A DNA stretch of 57,568 nt, filler included, from Platydemus manokwari (taxonomy: Eukaryota): assembly GCA_037951405.1 (NCBI GenBank). It is 5 parts of 5 records of this genome, joined end to end, with 100 filler letters (N's around TTAATTAATTAA, not from the genome) between each part and the next. Parts side by side here need not be neighbours in the genome. Positions count along the whole stretch, not along the records: positions 46,586 to 57,568 come from JBBMOY010998859.1; 4 more parts are not named here. One strand, given 5' to 3'. The notes under the pieces were generated by a model. It had not been told where the DNA came from and did not search any database. It saw only the letters and a program-made list of their open reading frames with translations. A program made the translations under genes and the position numbers. Position 1 is the stretch's first letter; each line of letters starts with the position of its first letter. Positions 51,900-57,568 of the stretch are shown piece after piece.

Positions 51900-53600
51900 A
51901 GCTCGAATATATGACGACGAAAAAGAAAAAGATGGCAGACAATAATGATCTGATTTAATAAATAATCGAATGTCATTTAACAAATTGAATTTAAGATCAT
52001 TCTCGATTCAAAATTCCACAAAAGTACTCTTATTAACCAATGTTTTATCAAAGGAAGATGCGTGACGGATCAAATAATGTTAAAGATAAATCTTTTGGAA
52101 GTAGTACAAATCTAGAAGATTTACAAAATCAATATTTATTGCATACAAACATGTTACTTCATCACCAAGTGGTTAAATGCCTCATATCGACTTTAAATTG
52201 ATTCATTTAATTCTCTTTATGCTCAATCTCCATGAATGGTGGATAAATTCATTTACACTACAGGCAGATGATAGTACCCAGAACATTAATAAGATGAAAG
52301 CATAAACTTCGCATTGGGTTTAACAAACATGTTTTTCATTAAACAAAATATTATTGAAAGGAAAATATCAACATGTTCAAATTTTGTTTCGATTAACAGA
52401 CAGGAAATTATATGATTTATATAAAAATAGGTTAAAAATCGATATAAACACTTGCTATCAACTCTCACAACAATCTGAAACATTCACCAATAAAATGTCA
52501 AATATTTCAACCAAACAAATTATTTTATCCTGATTTTGGTGTATCAGAAAATGATTTACCCTCGCCACCTAAGTAATTTCTTTCTGTATAGCTTGATTAA
52601 ATTATGGAAATCTAGAATGAGCTTAAGAAATCTAATTCAAGAATAAATAAACATGGAAAAATATTCAAATTTGAGAAAAATAAACAATAATGAACAAGTA
52701 TATAATCTCAAATACACAATAACATCAATAATAATAACATAAACATGTAGATTGCAGCAGTTGTCTGGTGGACAATAACTAATCAATAATAAATGGAAAA
52801 CATGTACAAATTTGATAAATATATTTATCGCATTTTCTTGAACAATCTCCCACCAAAGCTCCGGCCATTCAAAATTGACGGACAAGATTCAGCCCGCCGA
52901 TGAAATGGACTACAATGGCAATTTTCGCAGAAATCAGCTTTACAAAATTTGCAAACCAATTTAATAGGTGATTGATTTGGTCGAGTGACTCTTTGAGCAG
53001 CATAATTCGTTTTCTTACAAGCAGGGCAAATAGTTCGGTAACTGTATGGTGGAGGACTGTTTTCTTTATCTGCTTTCGTTTGAGTCTTAAAATGGGATTT
53101 TTATAAACAATCTCAAATCAAATGTTTTCAAAGTGCATCATAATATGAATCTGTGACATTAATCAATCAACCATAAAATCTGGAACAGTACGCGAATATT
53201 TTTTATTTTAAAGTTGTTCTGATAATTCGCAGTGAGATAAAAATTGTCACAATTTTAATATATTAATAATTTGATTATGATTTTCTGGGCATGTTAACAA
53301 AACGGACTGATCAAATATTCAATCACCATTGGATGTGTAATTTGTTATGATCTATTAGACTATGATCGATTTTATCTTAAAACCCTTCGGTTTAAAATAG
53401 TTCGAACAAAAGTGCTTATTATATTTATCATTTTATTTTCAACATCGATAAACATTGTTTAGGTAATATCTAAATCAACTGATTGCATAATATTTGATAC
53501 CACTAGACTACACGGGGTACATAATATTAATAATAAATTGATATATCTCGATTAACTGCAGAGGTGCCCGTTCAAAAGCGTTTCTATCAATTATGTTTCT
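51900..53600 (-). mobile_element. Possible decayed BEL/Pao integrase region
   Basis: Scattered colinear traces resembling PF..G.D..GP, AIHL, RRG...SD...F.G, FIPP..GG.W.R and FW..W on the minus strand; heavily frameshifted. Confidence 0.3.
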
Positions 53601-54559
53601 CCAATGTAGAATATTTTCGGTCATTGGATTAAACTTTTTAAAAATAATTTATAAAAATATTTATATTGACACAGAGTGGACTAATCTTGACAACTGGTTT
53701 AATTATTATTTCATTTATCTCCCAATTACATTTATTAGATTCCATTATTAAAATAAAACCAAATTGATTGTTGTCATAGCACAATTCATTGAATAAATCA
53801 TTGGTTTTGCTTACTTCAAACTATAATCAATCTATTATCCTGTTGATATATTAGGATTGATATTCACGTGACCCACACAAATTGTAAATCCTATATTTCA
53901 ATAAATCCATTTAAGCACACTGATCTTTCTTTTTAAAATAACCAACACTATCTGCTTCAATATGTGGGTTGGCAGCCTTGTTTATTAATCGGCATCATAA
54001 TTAGCAAATTAGGGGAAAGGGGAAACTGTCCCATTAATGATTAAAAATATATGAACTCAATAATTTTTTTCAAATATTTAATATATGCATAATTTAATGA
54101 TTGGCTAAAAACAGTAATGATTTCACATATATTACTCCAATATTAAAGCCAAATACAGATTACCACCACTTTGCAAGAAATCTTTAACAATTTCTTTATA
54201 ATTACCAACAAGCTTCAAACAAATTTCGAAAATGCTGACGACATTCGAGTACGATTATAATTATAATTAATAAAATGAAACCAGGCTATTACAGTTGAAC
54301 TCGGTCAATTAATCAAATCATATATCCATTCATTTAATAACAATGAAGAATTTTCAAATTTATTTTATGAAACTTAATTAAGTAAATTTGATTGGCTGAA
54401 TCAGTCGTAGAAATATATTACGGAATTTACAATAAAGAGCTAAAAATAGAAACGGAATTCTTGTTCCAATTATAAATGATGTCGAATTAGTGACGAATAC
54501 AAATGTTATCTACAATATAGCTCATTACTTGTGTATAGTTTATAATTAACTTTAATCAA

Positions 54560-57290
54560 TCTTTCTAATGTTAGAATCACCATTTTTCTTTTACGGCTGA
54601 TTTGATATTTATCGACATGGATAGTAACTCTTAGTGAACGTATTTCGTTTGAATATTGTTTAATGTTTCAATAAGAATTGCTAAATCAGCGCAGCTTATA
54701 AAACCATGATGATGTAATTTGTCAGAAGTTCTAATATACAACAATATCTTTGAAGACCTATAAATATATGAATCAGAATAACATTATTTGGGAGCATTCC
54801 TCCACTCGATATACAATATGATACATCATATAATAGAAATGTCCCAGCTAATATCATTTTAAAGCGATGGGAATGATATATTTATACCCAAATAAATTTG
54901 AATTATCAGCAATAAATGTTGACATTATTTCAAATAGGTGAACAATTGCGCAATAATTGACACTAAAAATCCATCATATATCGATTATTATCAAAATTAT
55001 TCATCTTACAAACATTTATCAATGATGTTATCTATTTAAATTATTTACATTTCAACATTGCATGAAAAATTTTATAAAATCTACCAAAACAATCGAATAC
55101 CTTCGCAACAACATAATCATCTCCTGATTCATGAGTATTTAGATCTATTTGATTGGTTAATTCGACAAATGGATAAGGATTTGTAAATGATTCTAATGGC
55201 CAAGATTGATCTGATGTTGAACAAGCATTAACATTGTGAAGATTATTTCCAAATACTCTCTGAATCAATAAAACAATTTATCATAAAATAAATTGGTTCT
55301 AACAATCGTTATTACCTTTCTGCTATTTTCCTTATCAACGTTTTTGACTGTATCGTTATTCATTAAAGTGAAAAAGATTTCAAAAATACCATACAAATAT
55401 CTTTAGTTATTTGTCAGTTGAAAAAGAACTTATTTCCATCATATAAAACAAACATCAAATAATATTAAATAAAGAAAAATATAAACACATTTTATCCAGC
55501 ATCATTTATGTTATGTTTAATAAAAATATTTAATACTTTAATTTTATAGTGACTAAATTACTATAGTACAGCTAACATGCTGAATTCAAGACAAAAAATT
55601 TTCAAATATGAATTTTTGTATTTAATTTTATAATTTAACATTATTTTTTATGTTAATTTAACAAAGCAAACTTTTGTTTGCATTGAACAAATCTAAAAAT
55701 AGAAAATTTATTTAATATTACAAATCACCACAGCTTTTTTCAAAACTAAGTTTATTTTGGTACTGAAAACGAGTCTAATTCATAATATTGAGGCTATCAG
55801 ATTTGTATTTAAAACATGTACAGTATCTTGAGATTACAATAAATAACATAAAACTGTAAGCCGTGTACAAATACATACATAATTTCAGATTCCATGTAGA
55901 ATATATAGTTTTCAAGTCCATTGTAATGCATAAAATGTGGATGTATGCTTCATGGAGACATTTTTAAAGCTCTCAAAAAATTCTCCAAAATAGTCAGGAT
56001 GAATAACAAACTGAAATTCTAAAATCAGTGTTGCTAATTTATGATGATTCCATTGTTTCAATAAGGTGATTGATGGATATATCTCACAAACATTAAGTAA
56101 TCATTAAGATTTCTCTACAGCTTATTTATTTAAAAACCAGAGTAAATTTACTTAAAAATAAATCATATTTTGCATATTCCGTCAAATACGAGACAGCTTT
56201 TGAAGCTACTTTTAACAGTTGTAAATGAAATGTCGATCTCGATTTCTGTATGAAACTATTATGAAGTTGCATATCATGGTAGAAATGTGTTGTGGAGCTC
56301 AATTTTACATTATTCGATCGACAGCTGGATTGGAAATTTTGCGAAATTCAATTCTTTCATTCATATTGCTTGAGGTGAAGAGCCATTCATGAAAATCTGG
56401 TTGTCTCGAAAAACAAACTAAGCATTCAACAGGAAAACTCCATGATTTCATAGAAAATATAAATAAATACTTGATGTAGAAAGTAGTTATGATCTAATAA
56501 AATAAAACAAATGAATGAAAATTTTAAATAGATTATTTAACATAATACTTGTCGTATAACCAGTCACCGAAAATAGTTCGCACTGCATATAATGATAAAT
56601 TTACAATATATAGCTTTACCAGAAGATGTAAGTGGCTTTTCTTCTAGAAGTGGTTTACCGTAATATTTTATGGAATATTTTAAAATTCCAAGGTTCTTCA
56701 CTAATTATTAATTTAACCTCAAAAAATTTAACTAATATTATTTTGACATTACAATTTATTAATTAATTTTATTTTATTCCAAATTAAATTAAATTAATTT
56801 ATTTCCATTTATTTCATAAATTAATTTATTTCTTATAAATAATATTATTTTTTATGTCTACACTAAGTAATCGTTTTATTTGTGTTGTTTTGAGGAGTTT
56901 TATCTCGGCTATTTTGTACTTCCATGCACCGTACGAGCTAATGTTGGTGGGAATTTTTAAATTTTCCAAATTTTAATTTATTATAAATCCTCACAGTATA
57001 CTGAACTGTGGAATATTTAGCATAATTTAGACGAAATCGTCGAAAGGATTTTAATGTTTCTGTATATATCATGACTTTGAAAGAGGTATTAGTACAATTG
57101 TTAGATGTCGGAGCAACAAATGCAGTAAATTGTTATTCAATATGACATATTATTATCCGATGTGACAGCATTTGCTGAATTAAATGGATTTTGATTCTGC
57201 TGCAGATTTGTAAATTTTGATTTTTTATATGAATTTTTTTGTTTGGAGTAAATATTTTGTGATGATTGTCAAAATGTTATCTCGTGAAAC
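54560..57290 (-). pseudogene. Probable unprocessed pseudogene of unknown family
   Basis: Exon-like blocks with splice signals (e.g. KNLGILKYSIKYYGKPLLEEKPLTSS|VRTIFGDWLYD; RVFGNNLHNVNACSTSDQSWPLESFTNPYPFVEL) alternate with short AT-rich introns. Protein-like frames at 55890-56460 and 54600-54960 switch frame and hit stops without usable splice sites. Confidence 0.45.
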
Positions 57291-57568
57291 TTTTGACTTT
57301 TATCTATAATTTTTTTTCAAAAGGTTGCAATATGAAAATTAATAATATCGCATATTTAATTAATAGTGAAACCTCGTGGAAAAATAATCAAACAACTAAA
57401 TACCTAAATAATCACTGACTTAAATAAATTCAATGAAGAAAATAATGAGAAAGAATAAAATAAAGTAATATTTGTAACTACCTTTAATTCCTAAATATTA
57501 GGCTGAGTCAAAAGTTATTCATGTTTTTTAGTTGTTTAAAGTTTTTGTTTTACCAAATCATTTAAACA

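Overview
AT-rich eukaryotic (animal) genomic scaffold; no prokaryotic features or CRISPR were seen. Many 45-60 nt GT-AG introns and the composition suggest a triclad flatworm (planarian); this is inference. Genes reconstructed by hand: an intronless, catalytically divergent atlastin-like GTPase (6740-8287,+); the terminal exon of an unidentified N/S/Q-rich protein (8670-9505,-); an 8-exon twinfilin (13591-19888,+); a short agrin-like protein with NtA plus 3 follistatin/Kazal domains (35848-39166,-); La/SSB (43290-44539,+), followed within ~250 bp by a same-strand gene start (candidate trans-spliced operon); a 6-exon orphan gene behind a CCAAT + RFX X-box-like promoter (49093-51556,+); and a probable intron-containing pseudogene (~54560-57290,-). 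Intergenic DNA holds decayed Ty3/gypsy, probable Penelope, BEL/Pao and LINE remnants, and MITE ends. Four 100-bp N44-TTAATTAATTAA-N44 linkers are assembly artefacts, so adjacency across them is unproven.
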